Below are positions 18,770 to 29,900 of a stretch of DNA of 46,641 nt, piece after piece. This stretch comes from Kiritimatiellia bacterium (GTDB lineage Bacteria; Verrucomicrobiota; Kiritimatiellia; RFP12; JBMNHG01), in assembly GCA_050950285.1 (NCBI GenBank), contig JBMNHG010000003.1, positions 802,337-848,977 on the forward strand. The letters are read 5' to 3'. The position numbers and the translations under genes were made by a program. Position 1 is the stretch's first letter. The number at the start of each line of letters is the position of its first letter. A model generated the notes under the pieces. The model saw only the letters and a program-made list of their open reading frames with translations. It was not told the origin of the DNA and did not search any database.

Positions 18770-21700
18770 ATGCGGAAACCACCGCTGCTCGCCTGTCTTC
18801 TCCCCTTCGCCCTGGCCGCGATGGCCAACGAGCCGGCCAAGGACTTCGACACGCCCGTGCGGGCCGCGAACCTCGACGCCTCCGCCTACGCCTGCTGGGA
18901 TCCCGGAACCGATCCGCACGAGAAGCCGCTTCCGGGGAAGGTCTCGGACGGCATCTGGGCGCAAGGCCTCCCGCAGCCGCACTTCCAGGGCGTCACCTTC
19001 GGCAAATCGAAGACCCCCGGCGAGCGCCACCTCCGCATCGGCTTCCTGGAGCCCGTCGGGATCGGGTCCGTGCTCGTGCGCGGCGGCGTGCGCGTGAGCG
19101 CCCTCAAGCCGGACGCCCCGTACCCCGGCGACCTCTCCGACGATTCGCTCTGGATCCCCGGCGAGCGGCTGACCGCCGGCGGCGTCACCGCGAAGGAGCC
19201 CGGCGGCCGCGGCGCCGTCGCGCTTTGGACCTTCCCCTCGGTGGTCCCCACGCGCGCCTTGCGCTTCTCCCGCGCCTCCGTTGCCGGGGCCAACCAGATG
19301 GACGCGAACCTCGGCGGCGCCATGGCCCTTTCCGCGCGCTGGGCGAACCTTTCGCCGCTCGCCACCGCCACCGCCCGCTCGAATCCGTCGTCCGCCCGCA
19401 AGATCGTGAATGGATCGGACGACGGCTGGGGCGCCTGGGAGAACATCAAGACCGGCCAGGCCGGCAAGCGCGAGCCCATCTCCGGGGAGAACGCCGAGTG
19501 GCTCCTCCTCACGTGGCCCGGCCCCGTTCCGCTGGGGTCCATCATGACCGAATGGACCGGCTTCCAATCCGCCGACGTCCAGGTCTACACGGGCCCGGAG
19601 ACGGTCCATCCCGTCGACGCCGACGACTCCGCCTGGCGCACGGTCGCCCGCCCCGACGACTTCGTCAGCGGCTATCCGGTGGCCCTCTGGCCCTGCTTCG
19701 AGGCCTTCGACGAGCCGGTCGCCACCCGTGCGCTCCGGTTGCGGATCACCGCCGTCACGAAGGTCTCGCACCCCCACGTCCTCAAGTCGCCCGCCGGCGG
19801 GAAGCGCGTGTGGCTGGGCGAACTGCTCGCCGCCGCCGACCTCGGCGACGCCCCGCTCGCCCCGCCCGTGTTCGAGGAGCCGGAGGAGGCCCATCCGCCC
19901 ATCCCCATCGAGTTCGCCACGCCCGGCGACGGCTACGTCACGCTCGTGATCGAAGACGCCGCCACCGGCCGCCGCGTGCGCAACCTCGTCTCCGAAACCT
20001 TCTTCCCGAAGGGCCGCAACACGGCATGGTGGGACGGTTCCGACGATCTCAAGCGCGACACCGACGCCGCGAGGCACGGCCTCTGGCGCATCCCCGTCCG
20101 CTTCGTCGAACCGGGGACCTACCGCGTGCGCGGCCTCTGGCACGCCGGCGTGGAGCCGGTGTACGAGTTCTCCGTCTATGCCCCGGGGAATCCGCCGTGG
20201 GAGGTGCCGGATCACACCGGCGCGTGGCTCGCCAACCACTCCGCCCCGCAGGCCGCCGCGTTCGTCCCCGCCGGACGCTCGCCCTTCGGCGAACCCGCCG
20301 TCTTCCTCGGGGCGGCCGTCACCGAAGGCCCCGACGGCCTCATCTGGACGGACCTCGACGGCGTGAAGCGCGGCGGCGTGAAGTGGCTGGGCGGCATCTG
20401 GACCGCCGCGCCCACCCTCTGCTGCGACGCTGGGCCCGACGCCTCGCCCGGCATCGCCGTCTTCGCCGCCTCGATTTGGCGGGACGGCGGCAAGCCCGCC
20501 GAACTCCGCCTCACCGCGCTTCGCGGGAAGGGCGGTTCGCTCCAGGCCGACGAGCGCTTCAACGGCGCCTTCCATCCCTCCGGGGAGGGGACCCCCGCCC
20601 CGGACCACGCCTATCCGCTCGCGGGCATCGCCGCATGGAACCGGAACGTCTACGCCACCTTCCCGTCGTTCCACCGCATCGTGCGCTTCGCGGAAGACGG
20701 CAAGACCGCCGCCGAAGGCATCGACGTCCCCGCGCCGCGCGGCATCGCCGCGGAGTCCGACGGCGCCCTGCTCGTGGTGTCCAGCAACGCCATCGTGCGC
20801 CTGCGTCCCGGCGCGGACGGCTCGCTTGCCGGCGTCCGCTTCGAAACGTCGGAGACCGTCGCGAGGGATCTCGACCGGCCGCGCGACCTTGCCGTCGGCC
20901 CCGATGGCCGCATCTACGTCTCGCTCCGCGGCGGGAGCCACCAGGTGCGCGTCTTCTCGCGCGACGGCGCGCCGCTCCACGCCATCGGCCGCAAGGGGGA
21001 ACCCTCCGCCGGACCGTACGACGAGATGCGCATGAACAACCCCGCCGGCCTCGCCGTCGACTCGCGCGGCCGCCTCTGGGTGGCGGAGTGCGACTATGTG
21101 CCCAAGCGCATCTCCGTCTGGGACGCCGCCGACGGCACCCTCGTGCGCGCCTTCTACGGCCCCGCCAAATACGGCGGCGGCGGGGCGCTCGCCCGCGACG
21201 AGCGGGATCGCTTCTTCTACGCGGACGAAGGCCGCGGAACCCTCGAGTTCGAGCTCGACTGGAAGGCCGGTTCCCACCGCCTCGTGAACGTCCCCTACCG
21301 CGCCGCCCCGGACGACGCCAGGGCCCGCATCGGCGGCGCCGCGCCCGAGCACGTCTTCACCTTCCGCCGGCGCCGCTACTACTCGAACTCCTACAACTCC
21401 CACCCTTGTGCCGGCCCGTCCTCGGCCATCCTCTTCATCGACCGCGACGGCCTCGCCCGCCCCGTCGCCGCCGTCGCCTCCGCGAATGCCGGAACGCTCC
21501 TCGAGACCGCGGAGTTCGCCTCCCTCCGGCCCTCCGGCCCCAAGGCCAAGCCCGGCGCGAAGCCGTCGTCCAAGACCCCGGCCTGGTTCCTCTGGTGCGA
21601 CCGCAACGGCGACGCCGACGTCCAGCCCGGCGAAGTCGAAGTCCGCCCCGGCCGGATGCAGGGCGTCCTCGTGCAGGAGGACCTCTCGTTCGCCATCGCG

Positions 21701-23152
21701 AACCTCGACGGCGCCTCCTGCCGCCTCCCCGCGGGCTCGGTCGCCCGCGACGGAACCCCCTCCTACACCCTCGACGCCCTCGAGACCGTCGCCACGAACG
21801 TCTCGCTCTCGCCCTCTTCCGGCGGATGCCAGATGCTCGTGGGCAAGGATGGCCGCACCGCCGCGCTCACCCTCGGCGTGAGGCCCTTCAGCGCCTACTC
21901 CGTGAGCGGCGTCGCATCCGACGGCTCCCCCGCCTGGAGCCTCCCCAATCCCTGGCCCGGCCTCCATGCCTCGCACCACTGCGACACCCCCAAGGAACCC
22001 GGCCAACTCATCGGGGTGACCCGCCTGCTCGGCGGCCTCTTCGAGCCGAAGGGCGCGAAGGTCGGCCCGCTCTGGGCCGTGAACGGCAACATGGGAAACC
22101 TCTACCTCCTCACCCTCGACGGGCTCTTCGTCTCGACCGTCTTCAAGGACGTGCGCCAAGGGCAGCTCTGGCGCATGCCCGTGGCCGAACGCGGCATGAG
22201 CCTCAAGGGCATCACCCTCCACGACGAAAACTTCTGGCCCACCATCGCCTGCCCGCCCGATGGCAAGGTCTACGTGGTGAACGGATGCGAAAGCGCCATC
22301 GTGCGCCTGAAGGGCCTCGAAACCCTCCGCCCCATCCGCCCCTTCGACATCGTCGTCACCGACGCGCATCTCCGGGCGTCGCTCGATTTCGCGGCGCGCC
22401 GCGAAGAACTGCGGCGCGCCGCGCGCGGCTCCGGCGTGATGCGCGCCCGCCTGCTCGGGGAGGCGCCCGTCGTCGACGGCGCCCTCGACGAGTGGCGCGC
22501 CGCCGAATGGGTCGAAATCGACACGTCCGGCCGCGGCGCGAACTTCAACTCCGACGCCAGGCCCTACAGCTTCCATGGCGCGGTCGCGGCGGCGGACGGC
22601 CGCCTCTACGCCGCGTGGGACACCTCCGAGGCGAAGCTCCTGCGAAACTCCGGCGAGTCGCCCGACCTCCTCTTCAAGACCGGCGGCGCGCTCGACCTGA
22701 TGATCGCGTCGGACCCGGAGGCCGACCCCGGGCGCCGCACGGCGGCGGCGGGCGACAAGCGCCTGCTGGTGACGCGCGTGGACGGCCGGACGCGCGCCGT
22801 GCTCTACACCGCGGTCGTCCCCGGCACCCCCGAAGACGCCCGCACGCCCTTCCGCTCCCCCTGGCGCACCCTCTTCTTCGACCGGGTCGAGGACGTGAGC
22901 GACCGCGTGGAGCTGGCGGACGATGGGAAGGGCGCGTACGAGATCTCCGTCCCGCTCGATGTGCTGGGGCTTTCGCCCGCGCCGGGCCTCCGCCACGGCC
23001 TGGACATCGGCATCCTGCGCGGCACGGGAACGGAAACCACCGCCCGCGTCTACTGGAGCAACAAGGCCACCGGCATCACGGCCGACGTCCCCTCCGAAGC
23101 CGAACTCCAGCCCGCCTTCTGGGGAACGGCCGCGTGGGAGCAGGGGAAATGA
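18770..23152 (+). CDS. Large secreted protein: FlgD-Ig-like domain, NHL/beta-propeller repeats, C-terminal CBM9/DOMON-like domain
   Basis: GGAGG + ATG 18770 and a signal peptide. GYVTLVIED..RVRNL..WWDGSDD; PRDLAVGPDGRIYV and NNPAGLAVDSRGRLWV; PVVDGALDEW..YEISVPL. Confidence 0.7.
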   Translation: MRKPPLLACLLPFALAAMANEPAKDFDTPVRAANLDASAYACWDPGTDPHEKPLPGKVSDGIWAQGLPQPHFQGVTFGKSKTPGERHLRIGFLEPVGIGSVLVRGGVRVSALKPDAPYPGDLSDDSLWIPGERLTAGGVTAKEPGGRGAVALWTFPSVVPTRALRFSRASVAGANQMDANLGGAMALSARWANLSPLATATARSNPSSARKIVNGSDDGWGAWENIKTGQAGKREPISGENAEWLLLTWPGPVPLGSIMTEWTGFQSADVQVYTGPETVHPVDADDSAWRTVARPDDFVSGYPVALWPCFEAFDEPVATRALRLRITAVTKVSHPHVLKSPAGGKRVWLGELLAAADLGDAPLAPPVFEEPEEAHPPIPIEFATPGDGYVTLVIEDAATGRRVRNLVSETFFPKGRNTAWWDGSDDLKRDTDAARHGLWRIPVRFVEPGTYRVRGLWHAGVEPVYEFSVYAPGNPPWEVPDHTGAWLANHSAPQAAAFVPAGRSPFGEPAVFLGAAVTEGPDGLIWTDLDGVKRGGVKWLGGIWTAAPTLCCDAGPDASPGIAVFAASIWRDGGKPAELRLTALRGKGGSLQADERFNGAFHPSGEGTPAPDHAYPLAGIAAWNRNVYATFPSFHRIVRFAEDGKTAAEGIDVPAPRGIAAESDGALLVVSSNAIVRLRPGADGSLAGVRFETSETVARDLDRPRDLAVGPDGRIYVSLRGGSHQVRVFSRDGAPLHAIGRKGEPSAGPYDEMRMNNPAGLAVDSRGRLWVAECDYVPKRISVWDAADGTLVRAFYGPAKYGGGGALARDERDRFFYADEGRGTLEFELDWKAGSHRLVNVPYRAAPDDARARIGGAAPEHVFTFRRRRYYSNSYNSHPCAGPSSAILFIDRDGLARPVAAVASANAGTLLETAEFASLRPSGPKAKPGAKPSSKTPAWFLWCDRNGDADVQPGEVEVRPGRMQGVLVQEDLSFAIANLDGASCRLPAGSVARDGTPSYTLDALETVATNVSLSPSSGGCQMLVGKDGRTAALTLGVRPFSAYSVSGVASDGSPAWSLPNPWPGLHASHHCDTPKEPGQLIGVTRLLGGLFEPKGAKVGPLWAVNGNMGNLYLLTLDGLFVSTVFKDVRQGQLWRMPVAERGMSLKGITLHDENFWPTIACPPDGKVYVVNGCESAIVRLKGLETLRPIRPFDIVVTDAHLRASLDFAARREELRRAARGSGVMRARLLGEAPVVDGALDEWRAAEWVEIDTSGRGANFNSDARPYSFHGAVAAADGRLYAAWDTSEAKLLRNSGESPDLLFKTGGALDLMIASDPEADPGRRTAAAGDKRLLVTRVDGRTRAVLYTAVVPGTPEDARTPFRSPWRTLFFDRVEDVSDRVELADDGKGAYEISVPLDVLGLSPAPGLRHGLDIGILRGTGTETTARVYWSNKATGITADVPSEAELQPAFWGTAAWEQGK

Positions 23153-23191
23153 ATCCCGACGGCGTAGCGCCGACGGCGGAAAAATGATATC

Positions 23192-25672
23192 GTGGCCGCC
23201 GTCATGACCTCCTCCGACCGTCTTCGCTATCGGACCGTCCGAAGCGGGTTGCGGCTGAACATCATCGCCGGCAACCTGGGCACCGTGTGGAGCACGATCG
23301 CCCTGGGAATGCCCTTCGTGATGTTGCTCGAGAAGCTGGGCGCCAGCGGCGTGGCCATCGGCATGACGAGCACGATCCGCCAAATCGCGCTCGTGCTGAC
23401 CATCCCCAGCTCGCTGCTGATCGAGAGCCTTCCGCGCCGCAAGCCGTTCTGGGCGACCTGCGCGCTCATCCACCGCTTCCTGTGGCTCGTGCCCGCCTGG
23501 CTCGCCTGGCGCATCCCCGATTCGCCGAACGTCGTGGACCTCATCCTCGCGGCGGTGGTCGTCTCCACCGTCATCGAGAACTTTGCCTCCCCCGCCTGGC
23601 AAAGCTGGATGGCGGACCTCGTGCCCGAACGGATCCGCGGCAAATTCTGGAGCAAGCGCCAGGCCATCGTGATGACCACCTACCTGCTGGTGAGCGCCAT
23701 CTCCGGCGTCGCGCTCGACCGCCTCGCCGGCGCGGGCGGCAAGGTGGACGGCTTCGCGCTCGTCCTGGCCCTGGGCGCCCTCTTCGGCATCGCCGACATC
23801 GTCGTGCACACCGGCGTCCCCGAGCCCCCGCCGCAGCCTCGCCTCCGCGACCAGTCCCTCCTTCGCCGCCTGCTCTTCCCGCTGCGCCACCCCAGCTTCC
23901 GGAACCTCGCGCTCTCCATCGGCGTGTGGACCTTCGCCAACACCATGGCGGGCACCTTCAACGCCATCTACCTCCGGCGCTTCTTCGGCACCACCTACAC
24001 CGGACTCTCCGTCCTCACCGTCGCCGGCACCGTGAGCACCATCCTGGGCAGCGTGGTCGCGAGCTTCCTCGTGGACCGCATCGGAGCGCGGGCCTTCGCC
24101 GTGGTGATGATGATCCTGGCGCCGGTCACCAGCGTGGCCTGGTTCTTCGTGACCGATACGCCCGTCACCTTCACGCTTCCCTTCGCGGGGACGGTCGCCA
24201 CCACGCAGGCGCTCGTGCTGATCTGCGCGACGTCGCTTCTCGGCAGCGGCTTCTACGGCACGATCGGCCTCTGCCAGATGAGCCTGATCGCGTCGCTCGC
24301 GCCGAAGCGCGGACGCACGCTCGCCATGGGCGTGCACTGGACGATCGTGGGCATGACCGGCGCACTGGGCCCGGTGATCGGCGGAGCCGTGGTGGACTGG
24401 TTCACCGAAAACCCCACCGGCATCTTCCTCTTCGGCGGGACGGAACTCTCCTATGCGCAAATCCTCGCCGCCGCCGCGATGCTCCTCATCTGGTTCGGCG
24501 CCGTGCCGCTCATGCTTCGCGTGCGCGCCCGCCGCGACCCGCTCAGCGCCCGCCAGGCCTTCCAGCGCATCGTGCTCGTGAACCCCCTCCGCCTCGCCGC
24601 CGGCATCTACCACACCCATGCCCTCGCCTCCGCCACGCGCGGCCGGCGCGAGCGGCAGGCCGCCGCCAGGGCCATCGGGAAGTCCGGCGCCGAAATCGCC
24701 ATCGACGAACTCGCCACGCGCCTCGACGACCCCTCCCTCGACGTGCGCGAGGCCGCCGCCCTTTCGCTCGGACGCATCGGCTCCCCGCAGGCGCGCGCCA
24801 TCCTCCTCCACCGCCTCGGCGACCCCGCCACCGACATCGTCGGCCCGCTCCTGCGCGCCCTCCGCCTCGCCCCGGACCCCTCCGCCGCGCCGCGCGTCCT
24901 CCCGTTCCTCGGCCATCCCGACGCCGAAATCGCCCGCGAGGCCGCCCATACCCTCGGGCACCTCGGCGATCCCGCCGCCGCGGAACCCCTCATCGACGCC
25001 CTCAACCGCTCTTCCTCCGTCCCCTTCACCCTTGCCGCGGCGGAGGCCCTCGCGCACCTCGGCGACATCTCCGCCACCTACATCATCCTGCCCCGCATGC
25101 GCACGTCGGACGTCCCCTTCCAGCGGATCTCCCTCGCCGTGGCCTGCGGCGACCTGCTGGGCGCCCGCGAAGGCTTCTACGACATCGTCCGCCTCGAAAC
25201 CGCCGCCCATACCTCCGGCATCGGCCCGCTCCTCGCCCGGACTCGAAGGGCCGTGCGCCAGGCCGCCCGCGCCGACGCCGCCTCCCCGCTGCTGGACGAG
25301 ATGATCCGCCGCCTCGACGCCATCGACACCGCCTACGAGGCCGCGGACATCCCCGCCTGCACCGCCCGAAGCCTCGAACTGGGCGTGCTCGTGGCCCGCC
25401 TCCGCCACGGACTCGACGCTCCCGGCGCGGACGTCGTCGATTTCCTGGAGGCCTTGAACCCTGTCGACCCCTGCCTCACCGTCGGCCTCTGGACCCTCGC
25501 CATCCTCGACGGCCGCTTCGCCCGAACCGGCGGAAGCCCCGCCATGGCCCCCGCTTCGGACCTCCTCGAAGCGCAGCTCGCCATCCACCTCGCCGCCTCG
25601 TGGGCGCAGCAGGCCGGCAGCTCCGACCTCCCCCGCAACCGCCCTTGCTCCCTTTCGCTCTTCGGACACTAG
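23192..25672 (+). CDS. MFS transporter fused to C-terminal HEAT-repeat domain
   Basis: About 12 hydrophobic segments including WQSWMADLVPERIRGKFW; then LDDPSLDVREAAALSLGRIG and REAAHTLGHLGD HEAT/PBS repeats. Confidence 0.8.
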   Translation: MAAVMTSSDRLRYRTVRSGLRLNIIAGNLGTVWSTIALGMPFVMLLEKLGASGVAIGMTSTIRQIALVLTIPSSLLIESLPRRKPFWATCALIHRFLWLVPAWLAWRIPDSPNVVDLILAAVVVSTVIENFASPAWQSWMADLVPERIRGKFWSKRQAIVMTTYLLVSAISGVALDRLAGAGGKVDGFALVLALGALFGIADIVVHTGVPEPPPQPRLRDQSLLRRLLFPLRHPSFRNLALSIGVWTFANTMAGTFNAIYLRRFFGTTYTGLSVLTVAGTVSTILGSVVASFLVDRIGARAFAVVMMILAPVTSVAWFFVTDTPVTFTLPFAGTVATTQALVLICATSLLGSGFYGTIGLCQMSLIASLAPKRGRTLAMGVHWTIVGMTGALGPVIGGAVVDWFTENPTGIFLFGGTELSYAQILAAAAMLLIWFGAVPLMLRVRARRDPLSARQAFQRIVLVNPLRLAAGIYHTHALASATRGRRERQAAARAIGKSGAEIAIDELATRLDDPSLDVREAAALSLGRIGSPQARAILLHRLGDPATDIVGPLLRALRLAPDPSAAPRVLPFLGHPDAEIAREAAHTLGHLGDPAAAEPLIDALNRSSSVPFTLAAAEALAHLGDISATYIILPRMRTSDVPFQRISLAVACGDLLGAREGFYDIVRLETAAHTSGIGPLLARTRRAVRQAARADAASPLLDEMIRRLDAIDTAYEAADIPACTARSLELGVLVARLRHGLDAPGADVVDFLEALNPVDPCLTVGLWTLAILDGRFARTGGSPAMAPASDLLEAQLAIHLAASWAQQAGSSDLPRNRPCSLSLFGH

Positions 25673-25675
25673 ACC

Positions 25676-26986
25676 ATGGACTCCCCCGCCCCCCCCCGTT
25701 TCCCCCTTTCCCCGGACAACCTGCTGCTCTACGCCGTCACCGACAGCGCCTGGTTGCGCGGCCGGACCCTCGAAGAGGTTGCGCGGCTCGCCCTCGAAAA
25801 CGGCGCGACCTGCCTCCAGGTGCGCGAAAAGGAGATGGACACCGCCTCCCTCGCGGCGCTGGCGCGATCCTTGCGCCCCACAGCCGCAAAAAACGGCGCG
25901 CCGCTTTTCGTGAACGACGACCTCGACGCCGCGCTCGCCTCGGGCGCGGACGGCGCGCACGTGGGCCAGTCCGATACCGACGCCGCCACCGCCCGCCGAC
26001 GGCTGGGCGGCAGGCTGCTGGGCGTCTCCGTGAAGACCGTCGAGCAGGCCCTCGCCGCCGAGGCCGCCGGCGCCGACTGCCTGGGCGCGGGCGCGGTCTT
26101 CCCCACCTCCACCAAGCGCGATGCGGACGCCGTCTCCGCCGACACCCTCCGCGCCATCTGCTCCGCCGTGTCCATCCCCGTGGTCGCCATCGGCGGCATC
26201 ACGCTGGAGAACCTCCCGCTCCTCGCGGGCACGGGCATCGCCGGCGTCGCGGTGGTCTCCTCCCTCTTCGCGGCGGACGACATCCCCGCCGCCGCGCGGG
26301 CTCTCCGCGCCCAGGCACAGGCGGCGCTGCGCCCCGCCCCCGGCGTGGAACGGCTGCCCGTCGAGCGCATCCGCTGCGCCATCTTCGACATGGACGGCAC
26401 CCTGCTCGACTCGATGGCCCTCTGGGAGAATGCCAGCGACCTCTTCTGCGAGCGGTGCGGCATCCCCGTGGACGCCGCCCTGCACCGGCGCCTGCTCGAG
26501 ATGAACATGGGCCAGTTCGCCGAATTCCTGCGCACGGAACACGGCGTGGCGAAAACCGCCGCCGCCATCATCGACGAGGCGAACGACCTCCTGTACGACG
26601 CCTACGCACACGCCGTGCTCCCCAAGCCCGGCATGATCGACCTGCTCCACCGGCTCCATCGAAACGGCGCACGGATGTGCGTGTGCACCTCCACCGCGCG
26701 CCCGCTCGCCGAAGTCGTGCTGCGCCGCTTCGGTTTCGACCGCTTCTTCGAGTTCATCCTGCCTTCCGACGAATTCGGGAGCGGGAAGAACGATCCCGCC
26801 ATCTTCCGCCATTGCATGGGGCACCTGGGCGGGGAGCCGGAGGCCACGTGGGTCTTCGAGGACGCTCCCTACGCCCTCCGCTCCGCACGCGCCGCGGGTT
26901 TCCACGCCTGCGCCGTGCCGGATGATTCCTCCCTCACCCGCGACGTGGATCTCGCCTCCCTTGCGGACGTGGTCCTGCACGACTGA
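25676..26986 (+). CDS. thiE: Thiamine-phosphate synthase fused to HAD-family phosphatase
   Basis: LYAVTD, QVREK, VNDD, GAHVGQSD, FPTSTK and VAIGGI (ThiE); then IFDMDGTLLDS, K.DP and FEDA (HAD). Confidence 0.88.
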   Translation: MDSPAPPRFPLSPDNLLLYAVTDSAWLRGRTLEEVARLALENGATCLQVREKEMDTASLAALARSLRPTAAKNGAPLFVNDDLDAALASGADGAHVGQSDTDAATARRRLGGRLLGVSVKTVEQALAAEAAGADCLGAGAVFPTSTKRDADAVSADTLRAICSAVSIPVVAIGGITLENLPLLAGTGIAGVAVVSSLFAADDIPAAARALRAQAQAALRPAPGVERLPVERIRCAIFDMDGTLLDSMALWENASDLFCERCGIPVDAALHRRLLEMNMGQFAEFLRTEHGVAKTAAAIIDEANDLLYDAYAHAVLPKPGMIDLLHRLHRNGARMCVCTSTARPLAEVVLRRFGFDRFFEFILPSDEFGSGKNDPAIFRHCMGHLGGEPEATWVFEDAPYALRSARAAGFHACAVPDDSSLTRDVDLASLADVVLHD

Positions 26987-26997
26987 CCGTTCGTCGC

Positions 26998-29900
26998 ATG
27001 CGCATCCTCCACGCAGCCTGGCTCCCGAGCGAACTGCTCCTCTGGGGTACGACCTCCGAGGCCGACGAGCCGTTGAGGGTGTCGTCCGCGGCGGAACTCC
27101 GGAGCGCGCTGCGGTCCATCCCGGGCATGGCCTCCGCCGCATCCGCGCCCGTCGAGGCCGTCACCGCCCGGTTGCCGGTGGATGGCGGGCGCATCGTGCG
27201 CGACGGGAGGCGTCCGGCCAAGCCTTCGCGCGGCGCGCCCGCATCCTTCTCCCGCCTCCGCGTGGAGGCGCTGCGCCTCCCATGGGGGGCCTGGGGCGAT
27301 CTGTCCGCCGCGATCCCGCTGCCGGGCGAAGGCGCGGCACCGGTGTCGCGTCGCGTCGCGACGCTCCTCGCGCGCGGCGTGCAGGCGGGGAACGACGTGC
27401 TGGCCTGGACGGCGCTGTGGCGCTACGCCGGATCGCTCGTCTGCCGCCAGTGCTATCTTCCCGGCATCGAGGAGGGCGCCCGGGGCGTCTTCGAGGCGCG
27501 GTGGCGCCCCATCCTCGTCGGCCCCGAAGCCCCGCGCCTCCAGCGGCTCGCCTCGGCCCTTCCGGATTGCGCGTTCGCGCTGGGCGACGCCGGCGAAAGC
27601 CGCGAATCCGGCGCCGAGGCCTTTCTCGGCGCCGCCCTCGACTTCCTCGTGCGGCGCGCCGCCACCACCCCCCTTACGCGGGCGCACGCCGCCCGAGGCA
27701 TCTTCGCCTCGGCCCACGACGCCTGGCTCGCCGCGCTGCGCGCCGACTCCCCGCGCATCGAATGGGAGTCCGCCGCCGACCTCGAAGACCTGCGCGCCCG
27801 CCTGTTCCGATGGAGCCTCCCCGCAACCGTGGACGCCGCACGCCTCCGGATCCGCCTGGAGGATCCGGCTCCCGGTTCGCCGGGCGACTGGCGTCTCGCC
27901 GTCTCGGTCGCGAAGGAGGGGGAGGAGGCCGGCGCGCCGTTCGCCTCCCTCCCGCTCCGCGACCGGGTGGCGGCGCTGATGGCGTGGGGCCAGGCGGCAA
28001 AGCTCTGCCCCCTCTTCGAGGAAGCGTTCGACGGCGACGGGGATGCACGTGCATCCGGCCGCTCCGGCGCCCTGTCCGCCCGGATCGGCGCAACCCGGGC
28101 CCACGCCTTCCTCCGCTCGTTCGCGCCGCTTCTGGCCTCCGCCGGCTATTCCGTGCTTCTCCCGGACTGGTGGCGCCCCGCCGACGGCACCCCCCGCCCG
28201 CGCCTCGAACTCCAGGGACGCGTCGTGTCGCTCGAAGGGGCCGCGGACGACGTGGACGGGGGCCCGGCGAAGGCCCGCCCCGCCGACGCCGCGCCGCTTT
28301 CCGCGACCGTGCGGTGGGAGGTGGCCCTGGGCGACGAGACCCTCACGATCGAGGACATCGACGCCCTCGCCGCCGAAGGCGCCCCCCTCGTGGCCTGCCG
28401 AGGACGCTGGATCGAGGTGGACCGCTCCACCCTTTCCGCGGCGCGCCGCATGCTGGAGACGCCGCAGGACGAGCGCATCTCCATGGCGGACTTGCTCCGG
28501 CTCGCGCTGGGAGGCGGCGCCCGCCGGGGGCTCCCCGTCGCCGCCATCCGCGCCGACGGTCCCGCGAAGCGCCTCCTGGAGCACCTGCAGGGAGGCGCCT
28601 CCGCGCCGGCGCCCGCGTCCCAGCCCATCGACTTCCAAGGCGAGCTGCGCCCCTACCAGCTGCGCGGCCTCTCGTGGATGCTGTTCCTGCGACAGTGGGG
28701 CTTCGGCGCGTGCCTGGCGGACGACATGGGCCTCGGCAAAACCATCCAGGCGCTCGCGCTGCTCCTCGCCGTCCGCGCCGCCGGCGAGCGACGCCCCGCG
28801 CTGCTCGTCTGCCCCACCACCCTGATCGGCAACTGGCTCCGCGAGGCCGGGCGCTTCGCACCCTCGCTCGACGCGATCGCCCATCACGGCCCCGACCGGC
28901 TCGAGGGCGAGTTCTTCCGCGACGAGGCCGCGCGCCACGGGCTGGTGGTGACCAGCTACGCCCTCCTGCAGCGCGATTTCGCCACCCTGCGGCGCGTCGC
29001 GTGGTCCGGGCTCCTCCTCGACGAGGCGCAGAACATCAAAAACGCGGACACCCGCCAGTCCCGCGCCGCGCGCGCCCTCAAGGCAGACTACCGCGTGGCC
29101 CTCACCGGAACGCCCGTCGAAAACCACGCGGGCGAGCTGTGGACGCTCATGGATTTCCTGAATCCGGGGCTTCTCGGGGATCGCGCCAGCTTCCGACGCC
29201 ACATCCAGCTCCCGTTGCAGACCGGCACCGACCTTTCCGCCGGACCCCGCCTGCGGCGCCTGGTGCGGCCCTTCATCCTGCGCCGGATGAAGACCGATCC
29301 CGGGATTTGCGCGGAGTTGCCCGAAAAGATCTCGCAGAAGATCTACTGCCCCATCACCCGCGAGCAGGCCGCGCTCTACGCGGCGGAACTGCGGCGCCTC
29401 GACGAAGACCTCGCCTCGGCCGCCTCCTCCACGCGGCGCGGCATGGTGCTCGCAACCCTTACCCGCCTCAAGCAGATCTGCAACCACCCGGCGCATTATC
29501 TGGACGACGGCTCCCCCCTGGAGGGCCGCTCCGGGAAGCTCGCGCGCCTCGAGGCGATGGTGGGCGAGATGCTCGAAACCGGCGACCGCGCGCTGGTCTT
29601 CACGCAGTTCGTGAAGATGGGCGAGTTGCTCCGGCGCCATCTCGACGACCTCTACGGGTGCGGCGCGCCGCTTCTCCACGGCGGGCTCGGCCGCTTCGAT
29701 CGCGACCGCATCGTGGAGGATTTCCAGTCGCCGGACGGTCCGCCCGTGCTCATCCTCTCCCTGCGGGCGGGCGGAACGGGCCTCAACCTCACCGCCGCCA
29801 ACCGTGTCGTGCACTTCGACCGCTGGTGGAATCCGGCCGTCGAAAACCAGGCCACCGACCGCGCCCATCGCATCGGGCAGACGCGCACCGTGACGGTGCA

